A DNA stretch of 64,000 nucleotides from Rhynchobatus australiae (lineage: Eukaryota): assembly GCA_034780895.1 (NCBI GenBank), contig JAUZTB010000127.1:27405021-27469020 (forward strand), read 5' to 3'. The notes beneath the pieces were generated by a model. That model ran no database searches and had not been told where the DNA came from. It worked only from the letters and a program-made list of their open reading frames with translations. The position numbers were made by a program, and so were the translations under genes. Positions 12,626-25,247 of this stretch are shown here, piece by piece; within the stretch, counting starts at the first letter, position 1, and the number at the start of each line of letters is the position of its first letter.

Positions 12626-13159
12626 CTGGTAATCGAAAGGTAGGGGTCAATGCCAGGCCAAGCGGAGGCCATAAAGGGGTGAGAAAGAAAAACCTTCCCG
12701 AACGGGCACACCATTTAATAACAGGAAGAAATGAAACACGGCTGTGCAGAGCAGGGTGACCTGGTGCCGGCTGGTCCTGAATTCCCTAAACTCACATTCC
12801 GGTAGAGTGCTGGCTTTTTCTTTGCTTCCCTGACTTGCTCCTCTGCCCCCACCCCACCAGCCCCCTACCACACCAGAATGATTAGGATTTCTTTCCAGGA
12901 GGTAGTTAGATAGATGGAAGTGATTAGGTGTTGGTTGCTGACACTTTTAGTGGGGGGGGGGGGGCAAAGTTTCTCGAAATCTGCCCTGCATTTGCCGCTC
13001 GTTATTTTGAAGACCCCAATCAGGTCTTTGCTTCAAGGGAGACAAACCCAGCCTATACAGTGCAGAAAACAGGCCCTTCAGCCCAACTCGTCCATGCTGA
13101 CCAAGTGGCCCACCTGAGCTGGTCCCAGTTTTGGTCCCAGCTGGTCTACTTTTGACCTT

Positions 13160-13520
13160 CTAAAACTTTCCCGTCCATGGACTTGTCCAAATATCTTTTA
13201 AATGTCATAGTTGCACCTTGCTCTACCACTTCCCCTGGCAGCTCATTCCACGTACCCACCACCCTCTATGTGAAAAAGTCCCCCTCAGGTCCCGTTTGAA
13301 TTTTTGCCCTCTGGTTTTGACCTCCCCTATCCTGGGGGAAAGACTGTGTCTATCAACCTTATCTACACCCCCAATGATTTTATAAACCTCTGTAAGGTCA
13401 CCCCTCAGCCTCCTTCGCTCCAGGATTTAAAAAAAATCTTTCTCTCCTCATAGATGAAATAACCCAACCTCAGGCAACATCCAGGTGAATCTCATCTGGA
13501 CCCTCTCTGACCCAATCACA
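13160..13520 (-). mobile_element. CR1-type LINE 3' fragment
   Basis: ctctaccacttcccctggcagctcattcca...ccaccctctatgtgaaaaa...tataaacctctgtaaggtcacccctcagcctccttcgctccagg: reverse complement of a typical CR1 ORF2 end. Confidence 0.7.
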
Positions 13521-13793
13521 TCCCCAGTATCATTTCTTCTCATTGCATTNNNNNNNNNNNNNNNNNNNNNNNNNNNNNNNNNNNNNNNNNNNNNNNNNNN
13601 NNNNNNNNNNNNNNNNNNNNNNNNNNNNNNNNNNNNNNNNNNNNNNNNNTTGGGGGGGGGGGGGGGGGGGGGGGGCCAAATGGACTATATTGCCAGACTA
13701 CTCAGGCCATTTGGCACTCATTGACTGTTCAGGCAACAATGGCCAATTCGCAGCTAACCAATAATGAACCATTTCTCTCACGCATTAACTTAC

Positions 13794-13922
13794 TTCCCAC
13801 TCTTGCTGTCACTTCTCCCTCTATCAACATGCGGTGATGGAGCACTTGAGCCATGCTTTCTCTTTCGCGGCCTTCCAGGTCCTCTCCGCGATAAACTCCT
13901 ACTTTTCTCATCCCGTTTTTCT
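13794..13922 (-). CDS. TNRC18: TNRC18 coding exon, 129 nt, phase 2-2, with AT-hook-like motif RRGPGRPRKRK
   Basis: Acceptor tctccgtag|A; donor GGAA|gtaagt; hand translation EKRDEKSRSLSRRGPGRPRKRKHGSSAPSP... Confidence 0.92.
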
Positions 13923-14369
13923 CTACGGAGATACAATATGGATTATTTTGAATGTGACTTAGTAACTAAGCTGTTTGTAGAGGCAAACTATTACTAAGCC
14001 TAATATTAATTTAGCGAATGAATTGACCCCTACCCCCACTTTACATCACATTACCGACCGGTCCTGTCTCGAAACTTTTCCCGGTTCAAGTTGTCTAGGC
14101 TACTGTTATTTTGATACTATTAATTTAGATGTTAATTATTGTTGCTGGAAAGATGGTTTAAGCTGGGAGTATGCCTTTTATTGTTGCTTGACTGTCAGTG
14201 TGGTAGCTGTCTTTATTGTGATTGAATCTCTGCAGGCAATGGGAGATTCTCAGGGTTTCAGATTTCTCAGTTAGTTGTGAGGATTTTAGTGAGGTGACAG
14301 CAAGGCCACACCAGCTTGGCTGTGATTCGCAAGCTTCTGAATAGGATGTCTTTGAATCGAAGTCACTTA

Positions 14370-14507
<138 letters not shown>

Positions 14508-14826
14508 CTAAATTTGAAAGCACGTTGTTTTAGAGAAAGTCCTGAAAGGTGCCAGCTGGACATAACCGAAGTGGAATTCAGGCTTGCAAAACAAGGAATT
14601 GGATCTCACTCTTATTTGGTGTGCTAAATGTACTTTGTGCATAGTGTTAAGGTCAATTCAGGGGTCACTGAAAATCTATCACAAAACTGGCACATTCTTA
14701 CTTTAAGAAATCACTGTCTTGATTCTCCGCAATTTGGAAGCAGTGGAATTTGAGCTGCGTGTTTACAGCGGCTGTCCCAGCGGCACACAGGCCGCGGAGA
14801 AGCAGTCCAGTTCCGATAAAGCTCAC

Positions 14827-14847
14827 CCTCCGTGACAGTCGCACACA
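14827..14847 (-). CDS. TNRC18: candidate 21-nt alternative microexon of TNRC18, phase 0-0 (CVRLSRR)
   Basis: Pyrimidine tract followed by cag|TGTGTGCGACTGTCACGGAGG|gtgagc inside a phase-0 intron; no stop; no transcript evidence available. Confidence 0.55.
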
Positions 14848-15734
14848 CTGCCACGGAGATGCGGGAAAACAGAGGACAGGAGTAAGGGTGGGCGGGGAGA
14901 GGGGAAACAGCCCTGCAAACTTCTCATGGAGATCATCACACTGAGCAAAGGAACTATACCATGCCACGAGCAGTCCCAACCCACAACGAGCAACAAGGCC
15001 ACTGGGTCACCATTGTCCAGCATGGAGGTGTGCAATGCAGAGATGCTGCAATCTGAGACAGGGCTGGCTGTAGATTGCAAATCTTTGATGCAACTCCTGT
15101 TGGAAGGTGGTAATGAGTGCTATGCTTGTTGAGGGGCACAAATGACGATGTAGAAATGATACCCGTGCTGGGGTGGATCGTGACAGGAAATGTCTGGAGC
15201 AATTTCTTCATGGGTGGGACTTTAACAGAAAATGAGTGCAAATATTTCAAAACAGGTGAAAAATGATATACATGTAAAAACAGACACAAACAGGTCAAAT
15301 TTCCACATAAATGTCTCCACGGATTAGAAATGAAAATATTTCAAAAGGAATTTTGAAACCTTTCTCTACATACAACTATTTTACAGGCAGTTAGGGCAAA
15401 GGTTCATACTGACATTTACAGTTTATGCTCTGTTGCTTAATAATCCAACAGTTTAAACTGAAATTGGAGACTAAGCCTTTCTCCACCAAATAATAACTGT
15501 ATTATAATATGTATTATAAATACTGTTAATAGAACAGCTTATTTTTTGAGTACAGAACCATGTTTTGTGCCACACAACTGCACATGTAATTTAGACAAAA
15601 TCCATCTACATTTACCACCAAAGAGAATAAACAGCAAAATGTGAATGCCCTGCATAATTATAAACTAGAATGAAAACATTTAAATAAAAAAAATAATATA
15701 AACTGTATTCTTGCCTATGAAAGGAGGTGTTAAC

Positions 15735-16040
15735 TGTGGCTCAGTGGAAGAACTATTTAAAGTTATATATTCTGGGTTCAAGCTCCACATCAGAAATGAG
15801 CATAAAATTTAGGGTGATGGTTCTTTGCAGCACTGAGGGATTGCTACACTGACCAACAGGCTGCCTTTCTAACATATTAACTAATCTCTATCAAGTACAG
15901 TCTTTGCAGTGCACGAATTGGTTGGGGTGTTTCATGCGTCACGTGTGTCTACTCTTAAGCAAAATACTGCATTGGATGAAAGGAGCAATGGGATCTCTTG
16001 AGACTGTGAAAATAGCATATAAATGCAAAACTTTATCCTT
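15735..16040 (+). mobile_element. internally deleted DeuSINE-like copy
   Basis: tgtggctcagtgg...gggttcaagctccac...gcagcactgagggattgctacactg...gtgaaaatagcatataaatgcaa. Confidence 0.55.
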
Positions 16041-16121
16041 TCTATAATTTCAGAAAGATAATGCTGATGCTGTGTGTTATTTTTACCAAATGGTGGCTCA
16101 ATTCAGCTTTAGTTAACTCAC

Positions 16122-16318
16122 AGGTTCATCCTTCTTCTGCATCCAGCTGTATCTTTTGTTTGGATTTAGCTCCCGGGGGAGCCTGATGGTCACTGGCCCA
16201 TTCTTTGTATCTTCAAGAGCTTCACTTCCAAGTAAAGGCATGGAATCCATCAACAATGCTTGTGTGCTAGCAACAAGAAGGCTTTCTAAGTCCAAGTGGG
16301 TCCCTCCTCCTTCTGGGC
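16122..16318 (-). CDS. TNRC18: TNRC18 coding exon, 197 nt, phase 1-0 (PEGGGTHLDLESLLVAS...SWMQKKDEP)
   Basis: Acceptor tttccttgaag|GC; donor CCT|gtgagt; in frame with ORF 16113..16295. Confidence 0.87.
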
Positions 16319-16444
16319 CTTCAAGGAAACCAGAAATGGAGACTTAATTTCTTAAAAGCTTTCTTCTTCCTCAGTATTAGACCCAATACATTTTTTCCAA
16401 AAAGAAATAGCAATACAGTATATCCCATTTATGTGTCAGTACGT

Positions 16445-16800
16445 TGCCACAATGGTCATGCTACTGAACCAATAATCCAGAAGCCTGGCGAAATAAACCA
16501 AAGAATATGTTAAAATTCTGGCATGGCAGCTTGTGAATTTGGATTCAGTTTAAAAACAATTAAATGAAAACCTGGTATCAGCACTAAATGATCTCCATGA
16601 GGTTCTAGACCATTGTAAAAATCCATCTAGTGCACTAAAGTATTCCAGGAAAGTGAGCCTTGCTACCTTTGAGAGGCTGGTCCCATGCATGAATCCAGCC
16701 CCATACCCATGTGCCAGTGGTCCAACATGACACTCAGTTCAATGAGGCTTAGGACAACCAGAAGCAGGTTCTAAATGTCAACCGTGCCAGTGATGCCTGT
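16445..16800 (+). mobile_element. SINE-like element with CR1-type tail
   Basis: tactgaaccaataatccagaagcctgg...atggcagcttgtgaatttggattcag...; homologous to 63070-63400. Confidence 0.5.
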
Positions 16801-18015
16801 TTCCAAAACCAAATTCTTTCGAAATATCATTCTTTTGTTTTGTTGATCTAAAATAGCACCTGAATTTGAATGTGGTTTCTAAGACAAAATGCAGGCTAGT
16901 GAGGCAGGAAGATTTTCTTTTTGCTTCAATATTCAGGCCAGTCCCTACTCCATCTCTCTCAGTTTTCCACCCCCCCTCCCCACCCGCCCCCTCCCCATGT
17001 CAATCAGTTACAAAGATTGATATTTGGGCTACTTGGAAGTCCCTGGAACTAAACTCCCATCAAGTAATGTTGACATCCCAGATGTTCAGCCTGACAGTGG
17101 AATTTGAGTGCTTGACAGCCCATGTAATTGGCACGCATTCACTCCTAGTTTTTGAAGTTTTTCCTGTCTGTTTTAAACAAAAGTTTTAACTGTACACTTG
17201 GGAAAACAAACATTCCCAACACCATTCTAGCAGCGTGTGACCGTACATCAAATATCAGAGATTTATTTCAAAGCACATCACCAGCAATCCAATTTATTTA
17301 ATGTCCTGTCTCTTGATATTGTAGTATTAGGAATCAAATCAGTGTGAAAGGAGGCTCAGCCAGAAAGAACTTTTAGGCTAACAGGCTCCAGGTTCTGGAG
17401 TTATGAAAAGGGAATGCTGGATTAACAGAAATGTGAGCAAACAAAAATATTTATTAATTTTCTTCATTCAAAATTGCAATTTCTAGAAGCAAAGTGGAGC
17501 TGCTCTCTGTCCATCGAAATTAAACCATTCAATATTTTACAGGCCTTACAATAACCCCTATGTTGGTGATAGAGTCAGAGTATTCTGCTTCTCTGCATTG
17601 GTAGCTTAACACAATGAAAGGATACTGTAGCGATGCTTCCAAACAAAAAATATAAAATGTTGTGAATCAAAATGGATCCAAACTTTATTGCCTGAGAGTC
17701 ACGTGAGTCTGCAATTATTTATGTCCTCTGTTTAAAGAAAAATTGACATTTCCAATATTGGGAGATTGTAGAAGATTTAGTTCTTAAGGTTGAAGAAAGA
17801 TTCAACAACAACTTATAGCTAAACTTTTGCGGTATTGAATAGATAATATATTATTATATAGATATTAGGTATTAGATTATTATTACATAGATATTAGTCT
17901 GTTAGCTCAGAAGTTCTTTCTATCTGAGTCTCCATTCGCACGGATTAGATTCCTCATAACACAATATAGATTCCCAAGGGCCGTGGAAGATAAAGCAAAA
18001 ACAGAGGTTACTTAC

Positions 18016-18978
18016 GTCTATTGATCTCACTTGTTCTGCGTCGTTCCAGTTCAAGTTCAGCAATTTCACTCAGCAAGGCAATGCCAATAAGGGAAGAACT
18101 GTCAGCCACACTAAAGTCAGAAGGAATTGGGAGAACACTGGACAGGGTAGGCTGAACAGCCATTGAACATGCTTGGGGAAGCTCCACAGCAGCCACCAGA
18201 GCATTCATTCCAGCCATAGGGTCATCCAGTTTTATTTCTGAGGTGTGATCATCGGGGATCTGAAAACACAGCAACTCCCGCTTCATCTCAAAGTGCTCAA
18301 AGTCAGGCTCTGTTGTATTCGAAGGAGTGCCCGGTAACACATCTTCACCAGTGCTCTCGACGTCCACTTTCTCGGTTTTAAAGTAACAATCATCATGCTC
18401 TGGCAATTCCTCTGCTTTTGAGTTATCCACTTCAGATTGTGTCATAGTGCTTTGATAGTCACCAAGAGGAGAACTGGCCTGCACTTGTTGCAGATCTGTC
18501 TTGGCCTCCACCTCGGTAGTGCAAGCTATTGTCCGGTAAGGTGACTGGCAGCTTTGGTGGTCCTCCTGGCTCTCCAGAACAGGTGAAGCTTTGGGTTCTG
18601 TGGTCAGGTCTGTTGGTTCACTGTCCACGTCTCCAGCAAACGATATGGGCTTGTTTTGCAGCTCAATATGTCGGTCACACCGAGTTTTGTTGTCCTCGAG
18701 GTCAATCAAATCTTCACATTGCACTTTGATCTGAATCGGCTCTGCATTTATGCTGGACGGCAAGTCTTCCTGTGCTGCTGAAGAATGCAAGTGTATGGGC
18801 TTGACATCAGGTGGGGATGGAGTAACCGAACAAGGTATGGGCTCGGAGGATTCAGCTGGCAGTGGTACATCTGGTGCCAAACCATCAGCGTCAGAGGCAG
18901 CAGTAGGCTGCAGGAGGTAGGGGTAATGGCTGCCAAAGGATGTTGGGAGGGACCGATAAGGATATCCTTGAGGAATCT
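18016..18978 (-). CDS. TNRC18: TNRC18 coding exon, 963 nt, phase 1-1, acidic (EIPQGYPY...DDPMAGMNALVAA...ALLSEIAELELERRR...)
   Basis: Acceptor tattttatag|AG; donor AGAC|gtaagt; lies in ORF 18008..19003. Confidence 0.92.
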
Positions 18979-19555
18979 CTATAAAATACAGGAAAAGAAA
19001 CATCTGAGTTATTTGATAAATAAATTAAATGGTTAACTCAGTTAAAAGTTGGCATATTTTGTAAAAGATTCTGCATTCCAAGTACAAAGCGCATTTTACA
19101 TAAACACACACATAGGTCAACAGTATTCCCTGAAGCTAATTAAACCTGAAAAGTTATCATACGTGGAATTAGTACCAGAATACTCTCAAGAACCAAGTGA
19201 CCTTTAGAGAAACATTGATCTTGACCCTATCTTCATTGTTCTTTTGTTACATTTGACGTGGAAGGTGGAACCAGTCAGCATTAGAACTGGTTTCCGTGAA
19301 AACCAATTTTGAGGCCTAGTGCAGCAAAAACAACTTGGGCCCTTTTCAAATGGATGTATTCATGTTGAGACCCAGAAAAGAAGGACAGATACAGATGAGA
19401 TGGACTCTGACCTCACGATCTACTTTGTTGTGACCTTGCACCTTATTGCACTGCACTTTCTCTGTAGCTGNNNNNNNNNNNNNNNNNNNNNNNNNNNNNN
19501 NNNNNNNNNNNNNNNNNNNNNNNNNNNNNNNNNNNNNNNNNNNNNNNNNNNNNNN

Positions 19556-19638
19556 TGACCTGTACGATCGGTATGCAAGATAAGTTTTTCACTGTACCTC
19601 GGTACAAGTGACAATAATAAACCAATACCAATACCAAT
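19556..19638 (+). mobile_element. LINE/SINE 3' tail ending in short tandem repeats
   Basis: tttcactgtacctcggtacaagtgacaataataaa then (ccaata)n; adjacent to a gap; similar tail at 24796-24880. Confidence 0.5.
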
Positions 19639-19998
19639 GATGGGACTGGACAATGTAAATAGAGTCCGTTTAAGAGTAATTAAGTTTACTAGAGTCCAGG
19701 TAAGTTGGGCTACCACCATGCAACACCAACCCATTCAGATAAAGATTTGGTTTCTGACACATGAACACCAATTATGGGAAGGGAAAAAGGCTCAACATTA
19801 ATGAAAGGACATTACACAGGGCAAAGTGTCCCTGGCCAGAAGATTAGGAACCTGCAGACTACACAATATGGGATACCCTTGATGTTCTCATTTATATCTG
19901 TAGATTGAACACTCTGGGTAAGAAATTCTTCATCTCCATTTGACATGACAATTATTTCACAAGATGATAAAAATCACCAGTAAAGCTCAACTTCTTAC

Positions 19999-20413
19999 CA
20001 GGAAATAAGGCTTGAAAAGGGGCAGAACCATCTTTCTCCAAACCTTTCTTCTCGGACTCTTCAGATCCTTCCACCTTCTGGGGCAGAGCTGGAGTTGGAG
20101 GTGGTGACCCATGTGGAGGGCTGGCTGGATGGGAGGCTGGAGACGGTGAAGGGTAAGGTCGTGGGGGCAAGGCCTCCCCCATGTCAGCTCTTACATCAGA
20201 CTTCAGTTTTAACCTAGGGGATGAGGTGTGTGATGAGGGGGGTGGGGTACACGTCTTGTGATAGGAGGTGGATGGCACTGGGGAGTGTGATGGGTGCCTC
20301 TTCTGTAATATTCCTGAAGAGGAGGCCACAAGCCCAGGTTTGCTTCCCTCGGCGCTCCTCTTGCACACTTTCTCTTCCATCTCATTTCTGTGCTCATTTG
20401 CTTTCAGCCTTTC
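19999..20413 (-). CDS. TNRC18: TNRC18 coding exon, 415 nt, phase 0-1, Pro/Ser-rich (ERLKANEHRNEMEEK...FQALFP)
   Basis: Acceptor ctttacaacag|GAA; donor CCTG|gtaaga; lies in ORF 19952..20452. Confidence 0.9.
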
Positions 20414-20809
20414 CTGTTGTAAAGATGAAATGCCAGTATGTAGTGAGCACATTTTTTTGATGATAANNNNNNNNNNTATACAAGTGCTTCAAAAGGTATA
20501 TCACCCCTTTTGGATCAGACCTGGAAAATGGACAAAGGATTAGCCACCCAAATTTTGCAGTAACCTAAGTTACAAGAGCTACCCCTGCTGCTGTGACCAT
20601 GCAGATTTTCCTTGGACAATGTGAGGTGGCCACCATCAGGCAGGTGGGATAAATGGGCAGAGTAGAGATTACACCTGTAAAGAAACTACCAAAAACTTGC
20701 TTCATTGTTGAGCTCACTCAGTTTATCTCTTGCTTCTCCAATGCCATGGCACATTGTAATCAACAACCGATCTATCCATTCCAACTTCCCCTCCGCCCAG
20801 TTAGTCACG

Positions 20810-21130
20810 GTCACAGAGTCACAGCACGGAAACAGACCCACCAAGTCCATGCCAACCATCAAGCACCCGTTTTGTGTCATCCTAAATGAACCCATTTATC
20901 CTTCCCATGTTCCCGTCAATTACCCCAAATTCTACCACTTACCGGCACAATTGGGGCAATTTCTGGTGGCCAATTAACCTACCAACCTGCATGTCTTTGA
21001 GATGTGGTAGGAAACTGAAGCATCTGGGTCACAGGGAGAACATGCAGACTCCAAGTAGGCAGCAGGGGCAGGGTCAGGATTGAAACTGGGTCACTGGAAC
21101 TGCGAAGCAGGCAGCAACACTAGCTGTTCA
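20810..21130 (-). mobile_element. V-SINE (HE1-like) copy
   Basis: caattaacctaccaacctgcatgtctttgagatgtggtaggaaactgaagca...cagggagaacatgcagactcca: reverse V-domain plus tRNA-like head. Confidence 0.7.
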
Positions 21131-21326
21131 TTCACACCTTCCATGTTTACCATCAGCAATGAGACATTTCACCGTGCCTGGCTGTATGCATAAGACCTGA
21201 TGTCATATCAGGGACAGGACTGTAGTGCCCAGTTCTTCTCTCCCCTTGGCATCAAAGAAACTGCCAGTCCACTTAATCTGATTAACAGGTTGGTGAAAGA
21301 TGCGAGCGGATACTGAGCAAACTTAC

Positions 21327-21511
21327 GACAAGCTGCGCGCTGCGCTGGAGCTCCATGGCATGGGCTGCCTGCTGCTGAAGCACATAGAGCTCGTGCTGAC
21401 GGAGGAGCTGCTGGTGAGACAGCAACTGGAGCTGGTGGGCGTGCTGCAGGGAGCTTCCTGTGGGGGGGTACATCGAAGGCCACAGAGGGGGGGCTCTTTC
21501 CATTAATTCAG
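21327..21511 (-). CDS. TNRC18: TNRC18 coding exon, 185 nt, phase 1-0, Gln-rich (AELMERAPPLWP...ELQRSAQLV)
   Basis: Acceptor tttttgcag|CT; donor GTC|gtaagt; lies in ORF 21282..21617. Confidence 0.92.
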
Positions 21512-22512
21512 CTGCAAAAAAGTACAAAGTAGTCACTATCAGGACAACAAGACAAAAATCAAAATTGTGCACAATACAGTGGTTACAGTGGCACAAAAGG
21601 TAGCAATAAAAGAGCAAACCTATTAACTACTGAAAGGCTTTATATATGGGAAGCCCGTTTGTTTTCTGCTCCTAGCATATACACATACAGAGACACACAT
21701 AGTCTTTCTCCCACCACACCCCACCCCACACACTCACTAAAGCTCCAAGCCAGCTAACGTACTTCAGTGAAAAATGTTCCCATTCCAGAAACATGCCCAT
21801 CCGTCTGCATTGCACTGATATCTCAAGATGTCAGTAACTGATCTCTCTAGCTCAGATGCATGATTATTAATTAAATGCAAGGATGAATTGGTTTCCAGGT
21901 GCATCACCTTAGTCGCACATAAACCCAAGTACTGTCCTTCAACACATTGGATAGCCCTTAATTGGGTGAGAGCAACTAGTGGACGGATCTTAATGTTGCT
22001 TGACTGGCAGTAGACCCAGGAGCTCCTCTCAGGCATGGTGGTGGGAACACCAATGTGTGAACATAACAACCACCATTTTCAGAGCATACTCAGTGAACAG
22101 GGCTCATGCCAGCTGAAGGTGCCGAGGTCCATCTCCTATCCAATCACGGTGGCACTGAGCATGTGTTCCTGAACCCAGACTTGAGGTAGCACCTTCCAAC
22201 AGCAGCGCTCTAAGCCTCGTCGTTTCTTCGTGGCTCTAGGTAGCTCACATTTCAAGCTTGTTGGTGAGATCAAAACCCGATAACTGGTGCTGTACCCACT
22301 CTCCTAATGCTCTGCATGTCCAAGTGTAATATTTCCCATCTTAGTCATGCAGCAAGCTTGCAAACACTGTGCTGGGTGTATTTACCCACAGTTCAGCCAC
22401 ATTATCGGTGCTCGGCTGTCTTTTTAATGTGGAACTTCTCCTTTCCAGTTTAGTACATATGGACACAGGTAAGTCTGACCCTTTCTCCAGAATATTTTTC
22501 TCTTTAACGTAC

Positions 22513-22659
22513 CAAAGTGCGGTAAATGTTCTGTTGGAATTACAACCAGCTGTCCTGACTGTGGGTCTCTTGCAAACTGGTACGTGGATGGCATAGAGCT
22601 GGGTATGCTGGGGGGAAATCCTGGCGGCATTCCCTGGTGTAATGATGAATGACCCAGTC
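22513..22659 (-). CDS. TNRC18: TNRC18 coding exon, 147 nt, phase 1-1 (GLGHSSLHQGM...EHLPHF)
   Basis: Acceptor gctttgggcag|GA; donor TTTG|gtacgt; lies in ORF 22424..22762. Confidence 0.92.
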
Positions 22660-23033
22660 CTGCCCAAAGCAAAAGAAAAAAACTGGATGTGAAGACGGTC
22701 CAAAATAATCTAAGCTCTTTATATTTATTAAAAGTAAATAATGTATAGGTAACACATATCAAAAATAAAATTTAACAGAATAAATAACATATAAAAAGAA
22801 CTATTCAGATTCATTCTGAGTTCAATTCACAGCCAATATCAACCAAACCTATATGACTTAAACATCTCAAAGGTCAATTGGTAATTCTGCCTTATGATAA
22901 CCATTGAACTGCACATAGTTATTGTCATCAGTGATCATAATCACCAGCTTTAAAGGATAGATCTCTTCTGAACATTGAGTTATTTAGCCTTTGATGTAAA
23001 GTGGACTGGAGCACTCTGGAGATCAGGGCAGAG

Positions 23034-23035
<2 letters not shown>

Positions 23036-23092
<57 letters not shown>
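23036..23092. repeat. (GT)n microsatellite running into a gap
   Basis: At least 28 perfect GT units. Confidence 0.97.
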
Positions 23093-23888
23093 NNNNNNNN
23101 NNNNNNNNNNNNNNNNNNNNNNNNNNNNNNNNNNNNNNNNNNNNNNNNNNNNNNNNNNNNNNNNNNNNNNNNNNNNNNNNNNNNNNNNNNNNNNNNNNNN
23201 NNNNNNNNNNNNNNNNNNNNNNNNNNNNNNNNNNNNNNNNNNNNNNNNNNNNNNNNNNNNNNNNNNNNNNNNNNNNNNNNNNNNNNNNNNNNNNNNNNNN
23301 NNNNNNNNNNNNNNNNNNGCTTTTGGCATGGTCCAAGTTTTAACAATGAACCTAAATATGTCATTGAAGCCGAGAGATTCCTTCCAACATCTCCGGAAGA
23401 CACAGCACTAGGAAGCTGAAAATTGTTTAATCCAGACTAGTACAAAATTGAACCCATTTCTGGCTGCCTTAACGCTAACAAGGAAATACAAGTCCTTTGC
23501 GACAGAATTTTTGTTTGCCCAGCACTTATTTTGACATAAAATTCCCCTAAACGATGTCAACAATGCTGCAACATACCAAATCTAGGGATTGCAAACGTAA
23601 GAGTTGCCGGTACATCTAATAAAGTATTCAGGAGAAACTTTTTTAACTCACTAAGTGGTGGGAAGGTAGAGCTTGCTTGCACTTGGTGCCTTTACTGAAA
23701 TGTAGATGTGTTTAAGGGAAAACTTGAGAAAGAAATTAAAAGAGAGAATTGCCTACTGGGCAGGAGAGGCTAGAGTGGAATGTACACACCAGCATGGGCT
23801 AATGGGCTCAATGGTCTGTTTCTGTGCTTTAAATCTCCAAAACTTGCAAAGTTAAATGAAAGAATTCCATATTCAGAGTTGTACTGAC

Positions 23889-24094
23889 CATAGGGATGTC
23901 CTGTCAGCCACATGGAGGGACTACCTGTACGAGGAAGCCAGGGATGAGAAGCGAGGTGTGAGGTGGGATCGGTAGGCCAGCGCCCAGATCCAGCCAGAGC
24001 TGGGCCTCCCATCACCATCAGATTTGAGTTCAGACCACCGCTGCTGCAGCCCGCAGGATGTAACCGGGCAAAATCCGCCAACTCCTTACTCTCT
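23889..24094 (-). CDS. TNRC18: TNRC18 coding exon, 206 nt, phase 2-1 (ESKELADFARLHP...MWLTGHPY)
   Basis: Acceptor cacccgcag|A; donor TATG|gtcagt; lies in ORF 23770..24108. Confidence 0.92.
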
Positions 24095-24795
24095 CTGCGG
24101 GTGGACAAGAAAATAGCAAATTAGATTCAATCAAAAATAAAGCAAAATAAAACCTTACCGTATAATCTAAATCATACATTGCACAAAGGAAACCTATGTG
24201 CATTTAAAATTTATTCTGAAACAACCTGTATGGAAACTGGTAAATGGGCATTATTATAGTTCTAATTACTGAATGAACGTGATTGAATAATTTACAAATG
24301 AGAAAACTTTTGAATTACATACGTTGTAAAATCTCTGAGGAAATAAAAATCCATGTGCACCAACAATCTGATGGATTTTACTTATAACCCTGTGCTTTCA
24401 TTTGAAATAAAAGTAAGATGTGCCAATAGGGCGACATTGTGCAGCCAAGGTGGGGTGGGGGTGGAGGTGGGGAAGGAGCTGTTTGTAGCCACCGTGATTT
24501 CAGTACAGGAGAGGAAATGGTCACTTAGGTCCTCCAGCACGTACCACCATTCACTGAGATCATGGCTGGTCTGTGACCACACTTCATTTTGGAAATCAGC
24601 GTTGCAAAACTTTTTCTACTGGAATTAAATTTGAGGAATTTGAATACATTTCACAATCTTCCATTCAAGCATAACGAAACGAAAAGATGCAACTNNNNNN
24701 NNNNNNNNNNNNNNNNNNNNNNNNNNNNNNNNNNNNNNNNNNNNNNNNNNNNNNNNNNNNNNNNNNNNNNNNNNNNNNNNNNNNNNNNNNNNNNG

Positions 24796-25210
24796 GCTGC
24801 CCCCAGAACACTCTACACAAAAGATGCATTTCACTGTGTGTTTCGATGTACATGTGACTAATAAAGATATGATCTGATCTCAAGAAGACTATTTTTCAGT
24901 GGTCTGGAAAGAGAGGAGAGTCAAGTGAAGTGTATTGCCATCTGCAGAAGTACAGTGAGGTACAGGTACAATGTAAAACTTACTTGCAGCAGCATCACCG
25001 GAATGTACGTTCAGACCACACACAAAATATAAATTCTAAAAAAATTATACAAGAGAGCGAAGGCAGAAAAAGACTGTGCAAAACAAGACATTAGTGCCAA
25101 ATAAAGCACATCCATAGTAGTGCAAGAGGTGGTCCATAATGTTCTGTTGCTGAGGTAGGATTCGGGTTGGGCAGGTCAGATCCCAAGAACCTGATAGTTG
25201 TTTGAAAGTG
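24796..25210. mobile_element. two tail-to-tail LINE 3' ends (L2-like)
   Basis: Plus-strand tail tttcactgtgtgtttcgatgtacatgtgactaataaa then gatct repeats; opposite-strand tail starting near 24920 (gtcaagtgaagtgtattgccat...gtacagtgaggtacaggtacaatg). Confidence 0.45.
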
Positions 25211-25216
25211 GCTGTT

Positions 25217-25247
25217 GAGAGAGAGAGAGAGAGCGAGAGAGCGAGAG
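25217..25247. repeat. imperfect (GA)n microsatellite
   Basis: gagagagagagagagagcgagagagcgagag. Confidence 0.9.

Noticed and set aside
14954-15298. 114-aa minus-strand ORF between TNRC18 exons
   Set aside because: Ends in a stop with no convincing in-frame donor and no TNRC18-like content; the flanking exons already join in phase.
22928-23419. ORFs with CVCVCV/THTHTH and X runs
   Set aside because: Translation of a (GT)n microsatellite plus an N gap.
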